Assembly: GCA_034190085.1 (NCBI GenBank)
Contig: JAXHTS010000055.1
Span: 10,117-74,116, forward strand
Length of the DNA: 64,000 nt
Reading direction: 5' to 3'
Source: Spirochaetota bacterium
GTDB lineage: Bacteria > Spirochaetota > UBA4802 > JAFGDQ01
The stretch's first letter is position 1; every line of letters starts with the position of its first letter. The notes under the pieces were generated by a model that saw only the letters and a list, made by a program, of their open reading frames with translations, was not told where the DNA came from and searched no databases. Shown in pieces: positions 21,686-30,934 of this stretch. The translations under genes and the position numbers were made by a program.

Positions 21686-23629
21686 TTACTGCATATTATA
21701 AATAATATTTTTATTCTTGTTGCTTTTAGGTAACGCCGCTTCAGCAATAGATGCTTTTCGCGGTTCCCAAAAACTGTCCTGCAAGTTTAACAGAGACGAT
21801 TTATCTTTGTTTATATCATTAGCGAAAGTGAACCTCTTTTCCACAAAAAGTTTAATACATGCATCAACAGCTTTTGGATCATAATATACCCCCCTATATC
21901 TGGATATTTCATTAAGGGCCTTATCAATTCCTAAAGCCGGACGATAGGGACGATGTGAAGCGATAGCTTCCACCACATCAGCTACGGTTAGGATTTTGCC
22001 TGCTAATAAAATCTTATTACCCTTTAATCCCTTAGGGTATCCCGAACCATCAATTCTCTCATGATGCTGATATACTATCTCGGCTATTGGCCAGGGAAGA
22101 TCGATCTCCTTTAGTATATGGTATCCAATTTCAGGATGCATCTTGATCAGATTAAACTCTATATCTGCTAAACAACCCGGCTTGCTGAGAATCTCAGCAG
22201 GAATATTTACTTTACCTAAATCATGAAGAGTACCTGCCATGCTGACACTATCAATCTCGCATTTAGGAACCCCCATCTCTTTAGCTATGGCTCGTGCCAG
22301 GTCAGCAACTCTCTGTTGATGACCTGCAGTATATGGATCCCGAACCTCAACAGTGGAAACCATTGCATGTATAATTCCACCAGTAGCCTTTCTCAGCTTC
22401 TCCATAGTATTTCCCAATCTATTTTCAAAACTCCTAAGTGGAGTAAGATTTTTATATATGCCATATACTCCAATCTGCTTATTTTCAAAAGTAATTGGAT
22501 GATTAAATATTAAAACATTGAATTGACTGCCATCTTTTGATTTTCTGGAGGTCTCTTTTCTAACAATCTTCATTGAGTGAGAAGAGCGAGATAATGATTT
22601 TGCTTCATTTACTAGACCATCCGGCACAATCAGGTCAGTAATATTGCAACCCTTGAGTTCTCTGAGAGAATATTTGAATAGATTTACAAAGCTTTGGCTT
22701 GCATCGATTATCCTATCAGCATTATCCAGAATTACTATCGCCTCCTGTAAATTATTGAATAATTGTCTATAATAGGCTTTTTGTAACCTTAACGCCTTTT
22801 GTATCTGAATATGTCCGCTAATATTTCTAGCAACACCATAGGTTCCCAAAAATAGCTTCTCTTTCCTATCAACTGATCTATCATATACGCCTTTAGCCTT
22901 AAATTCTATTGTAATTAATTGCTTTAGTTTAATGCTACTATCATCATCCCCATAGGTCATTATTCTTAGCATATTACGCTGCGCCTTGCGATTGATAGTT
23001 CTTCTTTCATGAAAAGCGTGTTTAGCCTTCTCTAAATCATCTGGATAAATTATTGTTGAATAATGCTTTCCCAATAACTGATGATAATCATAACCTAAAA
23101 TATCTTTTGAAGAATCGTTAATAAATGTAAATTTCCCCTCATAATCCAGCGTATATATAATATCCTGGGATTCCTGAATCATGTTATGATATCGCTTTTC
23201 AGAGGCCTCCAACCTCTCCTTCATCTTTTTCAATTCTTTCTCCATATCTTTTTGAGCAAGGGCGTTCTCAACTCTTCTATGGATTTCTTCCTTCTCAAAG
23301 GGTTTCTGTATGTAATCATAAGCTCCTTGATTAAGACATTCAATAGTTTTATCGAAGGAGCTATCCCCTGTCAGAATAATTATTAAGGAATTGGGGGTTT
23401 GATCTTTGGCAAATGAGAGAACCTGAAGGACATTCATATCAGTTAGATTCACATCCAATAATATAAGATCATAATTCTTCTCCCTTAATTGCTCAATAGC
23501 CTCGGTACCACTGTTTGTTAACTGTATTTTATAGTTCAGATTATTCAATAGAACTTCAATAATGTTACAAATGCCTGGATCAACAGTGACAATTAAAATA
23601 TTGGGTGTATGTATCTCTTTTGTGACCAT
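21686..23629 (-). CDS. Response regulator with REC, PAS and HD-GYP domains (tandem paralog)
   Basis: Same architecture and motifs (ILLDVNLTDMNV, HDLGKVNIPAEILSKPG, HHERIDGSGYPKG). By eye about 60% identical to the downstream copy. Confidence 0.85.
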   Translation of the reverse strand: MVTKEIHTPNILIVTVDPGICNIIEVLLNNLNYKIQLTNSGTEAIEQLREKNYDLILLDVNLTDMNVLQVLSFAKDQTPNSLIIILTGDSSFDKTIECLNQGAYDYIQKPFEKEEIHRRVENALAQKDMEKELKKMKERLEASEKRYHNMIQESQDIIYTLDYEGKFTFINDSSKDILGYDYHQLLGKHYSTIIYPDDLEKAKHAFHERRTINRKAQRNMLRIMTYGDDDSSIKLKQLITIEFKAKGVYDRSVDRKEKLFLGTYGVARNISGHIQIQKALRLQKAYYRQLFNNLQEAIVILDNADRIIDASQSFVNLFKYSLRELKGCNITDLIVPDGLVNEAKSLSRSSHSMKIVRKETSRKSKDGSQFNVLIFNHPITFENKQIGVYGIYKNLTPLRSFENRLGNTMEKLRKATGGIIHAMVSTVEVRDPYTAGHQQRVADLARAIAKEMGVPKCEIDSVSMAGTLHDLGKVNIPAEILSKPGCLADIEFNLIKMHPEIGYHILKEIDLPWPIAEIVYQHHERIDGSGYPKGLKGNKILLAGKILTVADVVEAIASHRPYRPALGIDKALNEISRYRGVYYDPKAVDACIKLFVEKRFTFANDINKDKSSLLNLQDSFWEPRKASIAEAALPKSNKNKNIIYNMQ

Positions 23630-24319
23630 AAAAATGCAGTCTTTATCACATATATAATTTACTGATATTCACTTTTACTTAAAACAATCCTAATTTTAGT
23701 TAAAATCTTATTCTCTTATAAATATGTATACATATAGACATATTTCATTACTTTATATATCGATCTAAATCAAAAAAACCATTAATTATAAAGGGATATT
23801 CTGTTACTTTTATTAATTTGATACCATTTAAGCTCTTCATATCTGAAGTTATGCTAACTGATATAATTATGTAATATTCCTTTTGATTGATGTTATATTC
23901 ATATAATTATTATTTTTCTTGACAACATTGACATACATCTTAGTTTAATTAAAGTTTTTCATTTACGTACAGCTATCTGATAAATATAAATGGATAGCCC
24001 TGTTTTCAATACTATAAAGTTCTATTGTAATGTATGCAATGATTGTTGGATATCTATTGTAGTATAACAATTAGTAAATGTAAAACTGTTTATTAGATTA
24101 TTTTATGAAATTGCGTATCCTCTAGTATTATCAAGTATGTTGATTTAATCTATTATCAATTTTTATACAATTCCAATTAGACACTGCGGCAATCAACAAC
24201 CCAATAATTTAATGCATATAGTGTATATGTAATAAAGATGATATTTTTTATGGTATGGGTAAGTATACCATGAAATATTAAGAGGATATGAAAAAAATTA
24301 AGGAAAAGGGGTAATTATT

Positions 24320-25597
24320 ATGCCAATTACAAAAGGGCCATTAAATGGCATTCGCGTACTGGATTTAACTCAGGCTCATGCTGGACCATTTGGAACCATG
24401 CTGTTAGGCGATTTGGGGGCTGAAATTATTAAATTAGAACCACCTCCCGGAGAGCTTATGAGAATGGGTAATCCGGAGGTTACTATTTCACACTATTACA
24501 TGATAGGTCTTAATAGGAATAAGAAGGGTTTAGCCCTAAACTTAAAGGGCGAATTGGGCAAAAAGACATTTTATGAACTAGTCAAAGAATCTGATATTGT
24601 ATTTTCCAACTATCGCGCCGATGTTCCCAAAAGACAGGGTACTGACTTTGAGACTCTCTCAAAAATAAATCCAAGGATTATTCGCTGCAACATCTCCGGG
24701 TATGGAGACACAGGCCCTTACATCGGTTATCCGGCCTATGATATTATCGCCTGTGGGCATAGCGGGATACTGAGTGTATCTGGCGAGCCTGGAGAGGGCC
24801 CATTAATACCCGGCGGCATAGCTCTGGCTGATATGATGGGAGGAATATGCGGAACCTTGTCTATATTAGCTGCTCTGGTTAAGAGAAATAATGACGGAAA
24901 GGGTATGGAATTAAATGTAAACCTATTGGATGGGCTTTTAGTCATGCAGCAGGTTATGTTTCAAAACTATTTTCTAATGGGGAATGAGCCAGGTTTTCAG
25001 GGCCGAAGGCATACAGTAGGGGCTGGATATGGAATATATAACACAAAGGATGGATATATTACATTAGCCTCACTTGATCAGGATAAGGTATTAAAGCTTA
25101 TCGGTCTTGAATGGGTAATTGAAGATCCAAGATTTAAAAATATTATCGATAGGCTTACCAATAAAGATGAACTTGATAAGTGTTTTGAGGATGCTCTTAT
25201 CAAGAAGACGACAGATGAGTGGCTTAAGATCCTACGTGATGAGAATGATATTGCATGTGGACCAGTGCTGAATTTTGAACAGATTCTCAAGGATCCACAG
25301 GTTATGGAAAACGAAATGATCATTGAGATGGAACTTAAGGGCGAAAAATACAAAACCATCGGATCGTTATTTAGATTTTTCAATAAAGCAGGAGAATCTC
25401 TAATAGCTGGAGATCCAGAACCACCGCCTGATTTAAACGAACATATAGATGAGATTTTAAAGAATGTTTTGGATTATTCGGCTGAGCAGATAAACGAGGT
25501 TAAGGCAGAAAATGAAGCAACCATGTCTAAGATAAAAGAGCGTCAATACAAAATAGATATGGCTCATGAAGATGATTTGGCTGAAAATAATGAATAG
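24320..25597 (+). CDS. CoA-transferase family III (CaiB/BaiF/Frc-type), paralog 1
   Basis: N-terminal GIRVLDLTQAHAGPFGTMLLGDLGAEIIKLEPP, which is the characteristic family-III N-terminus. Confidence 0.85.
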   Translation: MPITKGPLNGIRVLDLTQAHAGPFGTMLLGDLGAEIIKLEPPPGELMRMGNPEVTISHYYMIGLNRNKKGLALNLKGELGKKTFYELVKESDIVFSNYRADVPKRQGTDFETLSKINPRIIRCNISGYGDTGPYIGYPAYDIIACGHSGILSVSGEPGEGPLIPGGIALADMMGGICGTLSILAALVKRNNDGKGMELNVNLLDGLLVMQQVMFQNYFLMGNEPGFQGRRHTVGAGYGIYNTKDGYITLASLDQDKVLKLIGLEWVIEDPRFKNIIDRLTNKDELDKCFEDALIKKTTDEWLKILRDENDIACGPVLNFEQILKDPQVMENEMIIEMELKGEKYKTIGSLFRFFNKAGESLIAGDPEPPPDLNEHIDEILKNVLDYSAEQINEVKAENEATMSKIKERQYKIDMAHEDDLAENNE

Positions 25598-25682
25598 ACA
25601 TATAATTATATATGCATAGCTGATTATTCAAAAGCTAATTATGTGAAATTAACACATTTATAAAGGAAGAGGAGGATTATAT

Positions 25683-26903
25683 ATGGCGATAACGAAAGGA
25701 CCATTAAGCGGTATTAGAATTATTGATATGAGTCAGGCTCATGCAGGCCCATTTGGCACTATGCTTCTGGGGGATCTGGGTGCAGAAATTATTAAGTTAG
25801 AGTCACCAATTGGTGATATGCTTCGTATGGGTGATCCAAAGGTAACAATACTAAACTACTACATCTTATCCCTGAATCGAAACAAGAAGAGCCTTGTATT
25901 GGATCTTGGAAGTAAACATGGCAAACAGGCATTTTATGATCTGGTAAAAAAATCTGATGTTGTTTATTCCAACTTCAGGGCTGATGTCCCTAAAAGACAG
26001 GGTTCTGATTTCGACACACTTGAAGAAATAAATCCCAACATAATCCGCTGCAATATATCGGGGTATGGCCCTACTGGCCCCTATATAGGTTATCCATCCT
26101 ATGACATCATTGCATGCGGTCATAGCGGGATACTGAGCATCTCAGGTGATCCTAAGGTAAATAAACCGGTTATACCTGGGGGCATTGCAATGGCTGATAT
26201 GATGGGAGGAATATATGGGGTAATGTCCGTATTAGCAGCTTTAATCAATAGAGCTAAGGATAAAGAGGGACTAAGGGTTGAGGTTAATCTTTTGGATTCG
26301 CTTTTACTCATGCAAAAGGCTATTTTTCAACACTATTTTTCATTTAATCAGGTTCCATCTTTTCAGGGCAGAAGGCATACTATGTTGCCTACATATGGTG
26401 TTTTTGAGACAAGTGATGGTTATTTAACAATAGGTCCCAGCGATGAAAGTCTATTATTAAGGCTTGCAGGTCTAGAATGGATGTTAGAAGATCCTAAGTT
26501 CAACAATACGGTTAACAGAATATTAAACGGACAGGAATTTACACCACTCTTTGAAGAGGCGATACGCAAAAAGACAACAGCTGAGTGGGTTAAAATTTTC
26601 CGCGATGAAAATGACATTGCCTCTGGACCGGTATTAAATTACGAGCAGGTTGCCAATGACCCTCAGGTTTCGCACAATAATATGATAAAGGAGATGGAAA
26701 TCAAGGGTGAAAAATATAAAACCATAGGCACATTTTTTAAGATGCCAGGTGTGATTCAAGGCGAGCCTGAAACGGCTCCTGATCTGGGGGAACACACAGA
26801 AGAGATACTGAAAAACATCCTGGGGTATTCTGATGATTTGATAAAGGAGATTAAGGCTGAAAACGAAGCAGCGATTCCTAGATTACAATCCAGAAAAAAA
26901 TAA
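25683..26903 (+). CDS. CoA-transferase family III, paralog 2 (divergent)
   Basis: Same N-terminal signature (GIRIIDMSQAHAGPFGTMLLGDLGAEIIKLESP). Good RBS GGAGGA upstream of the ATG. Confidence 0.85.
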   Translation: MAITKGPLSGIRIIDMSQAHAGPFGTMLLGDLGAEIIKLESPIGDMLRMGDPKVTILNYYILSLNRNKKSLVLDLGSKHGKQAFYDLVKKSDVVYSNFRADVPKRQGSDFDTLEEINPNIIRCNISGYGPTGPYIGYPSYDIIACGHSGILSISGDPKVNKPVIPGGIAMADMMGGIYGVMSVLAALINRAKDKEGLRVEVNLLDSLLLMQKAIFQHYFSFNQVPSFQGRRHTMLPTYGVFETSDGYLTIGPSDESLLLRLAGLEWMLEDPKFNNTVNRILNGQEFTPLFEEAIRKKTTAEWVKIFRDENDIASGPVLNYEQVANDPQVSHNNMIKEMEIKGEKYKTIGTFFKMPGVIQGEPETAPDLGEHTEEILKNILGYSDDLIKEIKAENEAAIPRLQSRKK

Positions 26904-27082
26904 GATAATGAATGTAAACTCATTAATTTATTATAGAATGATTGGCTCTCCTATACTTGTTTATAATGAAGAGATTGACATCTATACCATTGATTTATGA
27001 TTTCTCTTCATTAATAATCAGGTATGTGGGTATTTTTATCCAACATATTGTAAATGTTCAATTATTTTAAGGAGTATTGCAT

Positions 27083-28378
27083 ATGTCAATTACAAAGGGA
27101 CCGTTAAATGGCATAAGAATCATAGATATGACCCAGGCACATGCTGGACCATTCGGAACAATGCTTTTGGGTGACCTTGGAGCTGAAATTATCAAGTTGG
27201 AACCTCCTACAGGTGAACTTATGAGACTGGGCAATCCAAAGGTATCGGTTACCCATTATTATATGATAGGGCTTAATCGAAACAAGAAGGGTTTAGCATT
27301 GGACCTAAAGGGAGAAATTGGGAAAAAGACCTTTTATGATCTTGTAAAAAAAGCTGATGTTGTCTATTCCAACTACCGAGCTGATGTTCCCAAAAGACAG
27401 GGAACTGACTTTGAGACACTCTCAAAAATAAATCCAAGGATTATCCGCTGTAATATATCTGGATATGGGGACACAGGACCATATATAGGCTATCCAGCAT
27501 TCGATATTATCGCATGTGGACATAGCGGGATATTGAGTATCTCCGGTGAACCCGGCGAAGGCCCATTAATACCAGGCGGCATAGCGCTGGCCGATATGAT
27601 GGGCGGCATATGCGGCACAATGTCTGTATTGGCTGCCCTGATTAAGAGAAACAATGATGGAAAGGGTATGGAGTTAAATGTAAATCTATTGGATGGCCTG
27701 TTAGTGATGCAGCAGGTCATGTTTCAAAACTATTTTCTTACGGGTAATGAGCCAGGATTTCAGGGCCGAAGGCATACAATCAGCGCTGGATATGGGATTT
27801 ACGACACAAAAGATGGTTACATAACATTGGCATCAATTGATCAGGATAAAGTCTTACGGCTTATTGATCTTGAGTGGGTAATTGATGATCCGCGATTTAA
27901 AAATATTATAGACAGGCTAGCTAATAAAGATGAGCTCGATAAATGCTTTGAGGAGGCTCTTCGTAAAAGGACAACAGAAGAATGGTTAAAAATCCTTCGT
28001 GATGAGAATGATATAGCCTGCGGGCCTGTGCTAAATTACGAGCAAATCCTTAATGATCCACAGGTACAGCAAAATAAAATGATTATTGAAATAGCAATGG
28101 GTGAAGAAAGGTATAAGACAGTAGGCTCATTATTTAGGATGTCAAATAGATCAGGACAATCGATAATAGAGGGAGAACCGGATCCACCACCGGATCTGAA
28201 CCAACACGCAGATATAATATTAAGGGATCTGTTGAATTACTCTGATGAGCAAATAAAAAAAATAGCAGAAGAGAATGAAGCGGCTATTCCGAGGTTAGAG
28301 GAACGTCTATACGGAGGTGATGCTGAGGAGACTCAGAAGGCATTCAACATTTCAGAGACAACGGATATTAAGCTTTAA
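27083..28378 (+). CDS. CoA-transferase family III, paralog 3
   Basis: The ORF track starts at a TTG (27077), but the RBS GGAG at 27071-27074 followed by the ATG at 27083 gives MSITKGPLNGIRIIDMTQAHAGPFG. Very similar to paralog 1. Confidence 0.85.
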   Translation: MSITKGPLNGIRIIDMTQAHAGPFGTMLLGDLGAEIIKLEPPTGELMRLGNPKVSVTHYYMIGLNRNKKGLALDLKGEIGKKTFYDLVKKADVVYSNYRADVPKRQGTDFETLSKINPRIIRCNISGYGDTGPYIGYPAFDIIACGHSGILSISGEPGEGPLIPGGIALADMMGGICGTMSVLAALIKRNNDGKGMELNVNLLDGLLVMQQVMFQNYFLTGNEPGFQGRRHTISAGYGIYDTKDGYITLASIDQDKVLRLIDLEWVIDDPRFKNIIDRLANKDELDKCFEEALRKRTTEEWLKILRDENDIACGPVLNYEQILNDPQVQQNKMIIEIAMGEERYKTVGSLFRMSNRSGQSIIEGEPDPPPDLNQHADIILRDLLNYSDEQIKKIAEENEAAIPRLEERLYGGDAEETQKAFNISETTDIKL

Positions 28379-28438
28379 GGCATAATTAACATTCATCCTC
28401 AGCACTTATCAATTCTTCCCCACTTCACGAGACTACTC

Positions 28439-28485
28439 ATCTATCGCTTCAATTAGAATAATCTTCTGTAATTGAAGCGATAGAT
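28439..28485. other. Long imperfect inverted repeat (about 20-bp stem) between convergent genes
   Basis: Arms ATCTATCGCTTCAATT(AGAA) / (TTCT)GTAATTGAAGCGATAGAT, sitting between the stop of CoA-transferase 3 (28378) and the stop of the cytochrome gene (28522). There is no clear U-tract on either strand. Confidence 0.5.
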
Positions 28486-28521
28486 TTAACCCTAAGCTAA
28501 AGCAAAAAGTCGCCACCAGAG

Positions 28522-30627
28522 TCAGAATGTACGCCTACCAGTCACATAGTTGCTGCCATTTACCACACCGCTGGATGGATCGATCAGCCAGCTATCATCC
28601 CCGCCATGGAAATGACACTTGCTACATGGGATATTAGTATTCCCTGTGTCTGTGTTATGACAATTTGAATTATTACATGGTGAAGTATCATATGGAGCAT
28701 CATCAAGGCCGCCATTGCTGTGATGGATACTCCAGAGTGATTGTTGGTGACACTTTTGGCACAGTGGCTGCAAGTCCTTAGGAGATCCTATCGTAATAGG
28801 GCCAACCACCGCCCCATTAACTTCACCTCTGATCAACATATCGCTGGATGATCCATGTGGTTCGTGGCAATCGGTACAGGAAAGAACAAGTCCTGAAGCT
28901 GTCCAGGGGCGGCTTTGATACGGTTCAAGTAAGTCAGCAGCCATCGAGTTAGTGGCAGGATTTATACCGTGCTTATCTCCACCCGACTCGCCTCCGGAGG
29001 TTGCCCAATCAATGGGTGTGTTTAAAAGATTATACGGGGGCACACTCATATCAGTCACATGACAATCCTGACAGAGTGTCGCATAGTCTGTCAGGTTTGA
29101 GCCGTCTGTTGTGCCAGAGCCATCCGGTTCATAATCCCCTCCACCGAAAAGATAAGGAGCCTGATAGTAGTCCGTATAACCGCTCATTCTCTCACCCGCA
29201 TCGTCACCCCACAATATCTCACCAACAACCGAACTGCCATGATTGCTTGGCAATGTCATGGGCCAGCCTCTGACACCGTCAGCGTGCGGATCCCTTTGCG
29301 CTGCGTGTGGATTGTGACATGCGTCACAGGGATTAGAATCGGCCGTGAATCCCCATTTTCCTGTAATAAAGGTGAGTATATCGTTAAGATTGTGCGATGA
29401 AGTATTCGAAAAGGCCTCCTTTACGTCATCTACAGTATCATCCGTCCAGCCTCCCGCTCGATAGCTATAGCTGTACTGCTTTACCATACCCGCTTGAACC
29501 GGGCTATCTCCTGTATCCCTATGACAATGAAAGCAGAAATTTTCAGTCTGGCTGCTCCCGTTCATAGGCGCAAATAGCATGAATTCATTTGCAGGATCAG
29601 CGGCAAGGTCGTGACAATGAAGACAATCCCCTCTATCATAGCCTGTACTCGATCTATTTATTCCATAATCATCGGTGTTTCCATGAGCGGAAGTAGTATA
29701 TCCGGCAATATCATTATGACAATCTGAACAGTTAAAGGCGCTGATATCACTATGACAGGAGAAACAGGATACAAGTGTATTGCTCCCTGTAAAATCCTCG
29801 CCATGGCATCCGGCACAATCATTAGGCAGAGTATGTGATGCTCCATGCTGCCATCCACCTCCAGCCTCCTCATGATGGCAAATGCCGCAATCTCTATCCT
29901 GATCACCCTTGCCGTTCAAATCCTCGCCGTGACACTCTTTGCAGTTATTGGGATCTCCAGCATAAGCATCACCATGCGAACCTGTCCATCCAGCATGATG
30001 ACAATCCGCGCATGATTCAATTGATCCACCATGACACCCTTTGCAGGATTCTGGATTTTCGTTAAATGCCTCATTATGAGGACCATTCCAATCATGATGA
30101 CACTCTGTACATGAGATGACTGCAGAATTGTCATTTATCTCACTATTGTGACAACCATTGCATGTGTTAAGACTTGAAATCGACTCACTTCCATGCTCCT
30201 CCATCCAATTATCGCTTCCTGCACCGTGATGACATGAAAAACAAGCTGCCTCTACAAGACCACCCTCAAGATCCTGTCCATGACATCCCATGCAAGTGCT
30301 TGGATTTTCAATAAACCCGCTTCCATGTTGTGGATTTTCAGGCGCCCCCCAATCGTGATGACATGATACACAGGAAACACCTGATTGTCCTCCATTCAAA
30401 TCATCGCCGTGACAAGCCATACAATTTTCTGAATTCAACACAAACATATCGTCGTGTTGAGGATTATCGCTCATCCACTCAATCTCTGAATGATAATGAT
30501 CTTCTATCAATCCATCTGGCAGAGATTCTGTACACCCGATGAATATAGTTATGCAAAATACCAAGGAAAGGAAGGCTTTAGTAATAGTTGAATGAATCAT
30601 TTCATTTTTTTCACATTTAATTATGTT
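28522..30627 (-). CDS. Multihaem c-type cytochrome lipoprotein (about 20 CxxCH sites)
   Basis: 20 CxxCH motifs counted, plus one CxxxxCH. The probable start is an internal Met (MIHSTITKAFLSLVFCITIFIGC) with the lipobox FIGC; the ORF track extends to 30699. The N-terminal half is built from repeated CxxCHG...CxxCHH dihaem units. Confidence 0.85.
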   Translation of the reverse strand, partial: NIIKCEKNEMIHSTITKAFLSLVFCITIFIGCTESLPDGLIEDHYHSEIEWMSDNPQHDDMFVLNSENCMACHGDDLNGGQSGVSCVSCHHDWGAPENPQHGSGFIENPSTCMGCHGQDLEGGLVEAACFSCHHGAGSDNWMEEHGSESISSLNTCNGCHNSEINDNSAVISCTECHHDWNGPHNEAFNENPESCKGCHGGSIESCADCHHAGWTGSHGDAYAGDPNNCKECHGEDLNGKGDQDRDCGICHHEEAGGGWQHGASHTLPNDCAGCHGEDFTGSNTLVSCFSCHSDISAFNCSDCHNDIAGYTTSAHGNTDDYGINRSSTGYDRGDCLHCHDLAADPANEFMLFAPMNGSSQTENFCFHCHRDTGDSPVQAGMVKQYSYSYRAGGWTDDTVDDVKEAFSNTSSHNLNDILTFITGKWGFTADSNPCDACHNPHAAQRDPHADGVRGWPMTLPSNHGSSVVGEILWGDDAGERMSGYTDYYQAPYLFGGGDYEPDGSGTTDGSNLTDYATLCQDCHVTDMSVPPYNLLNTPIDWATSGGESGGDKHGINPATNSMAADLLEPYQSRPWTASGLVLSCTDCHEPHGSSSDMLIRGEVNGAVVGPITIGSPKDLQPLCQKCHQQSLWSIHHSNGGLDDAPYDTSPCNNSNCHNTDTGNTNIPCSKCHFHGGDDSWLIDPSSGVVNGSNYVTGRRTF

Positions 30628-30934
30628 GATTCTTCTCATGATTACCCTTCCTATACTAATGGAATTGAAATTCCTCCTGATCAATATCTGGCATGGCAAT
30701 ATTAAAGCACCATGTTAAAATAAGCATAAAAATGGTGGAAGTCAAATATAGAAGTTGCTTTATGGACAAGAAAAGGTAATTCGAATAGTATTATGAAGTT
30801 TAATGGTATTTTGAGCAATATTTTTTAATTCTAAAGGGAATAACTATCATCAGATGCTTCGATTTGCCTTACCGCTTTGGATTAGGGATGAACGATACTA
30901 TGCTAATATTTGATATAGAAAGGTAAAGTGATCA

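Noticed and set aside
23918-23950. Tandem TTGACA hexamers in the 690-nt region upstream of the CoA-transferase cluster as a promoter
   Set aside because: No convincing -10 element lies at 16-18 nt spacing, so the region is too AT-rich to call a promoter by eye.
25078-27720. Several 60-100-aa antisense ORFs inside the CoA-transferase genes
   Set aside because: All are embedded antisense in well-supported genes and encode low-complexity Ser/Leu-rich products. They are typical shadow ORFs.
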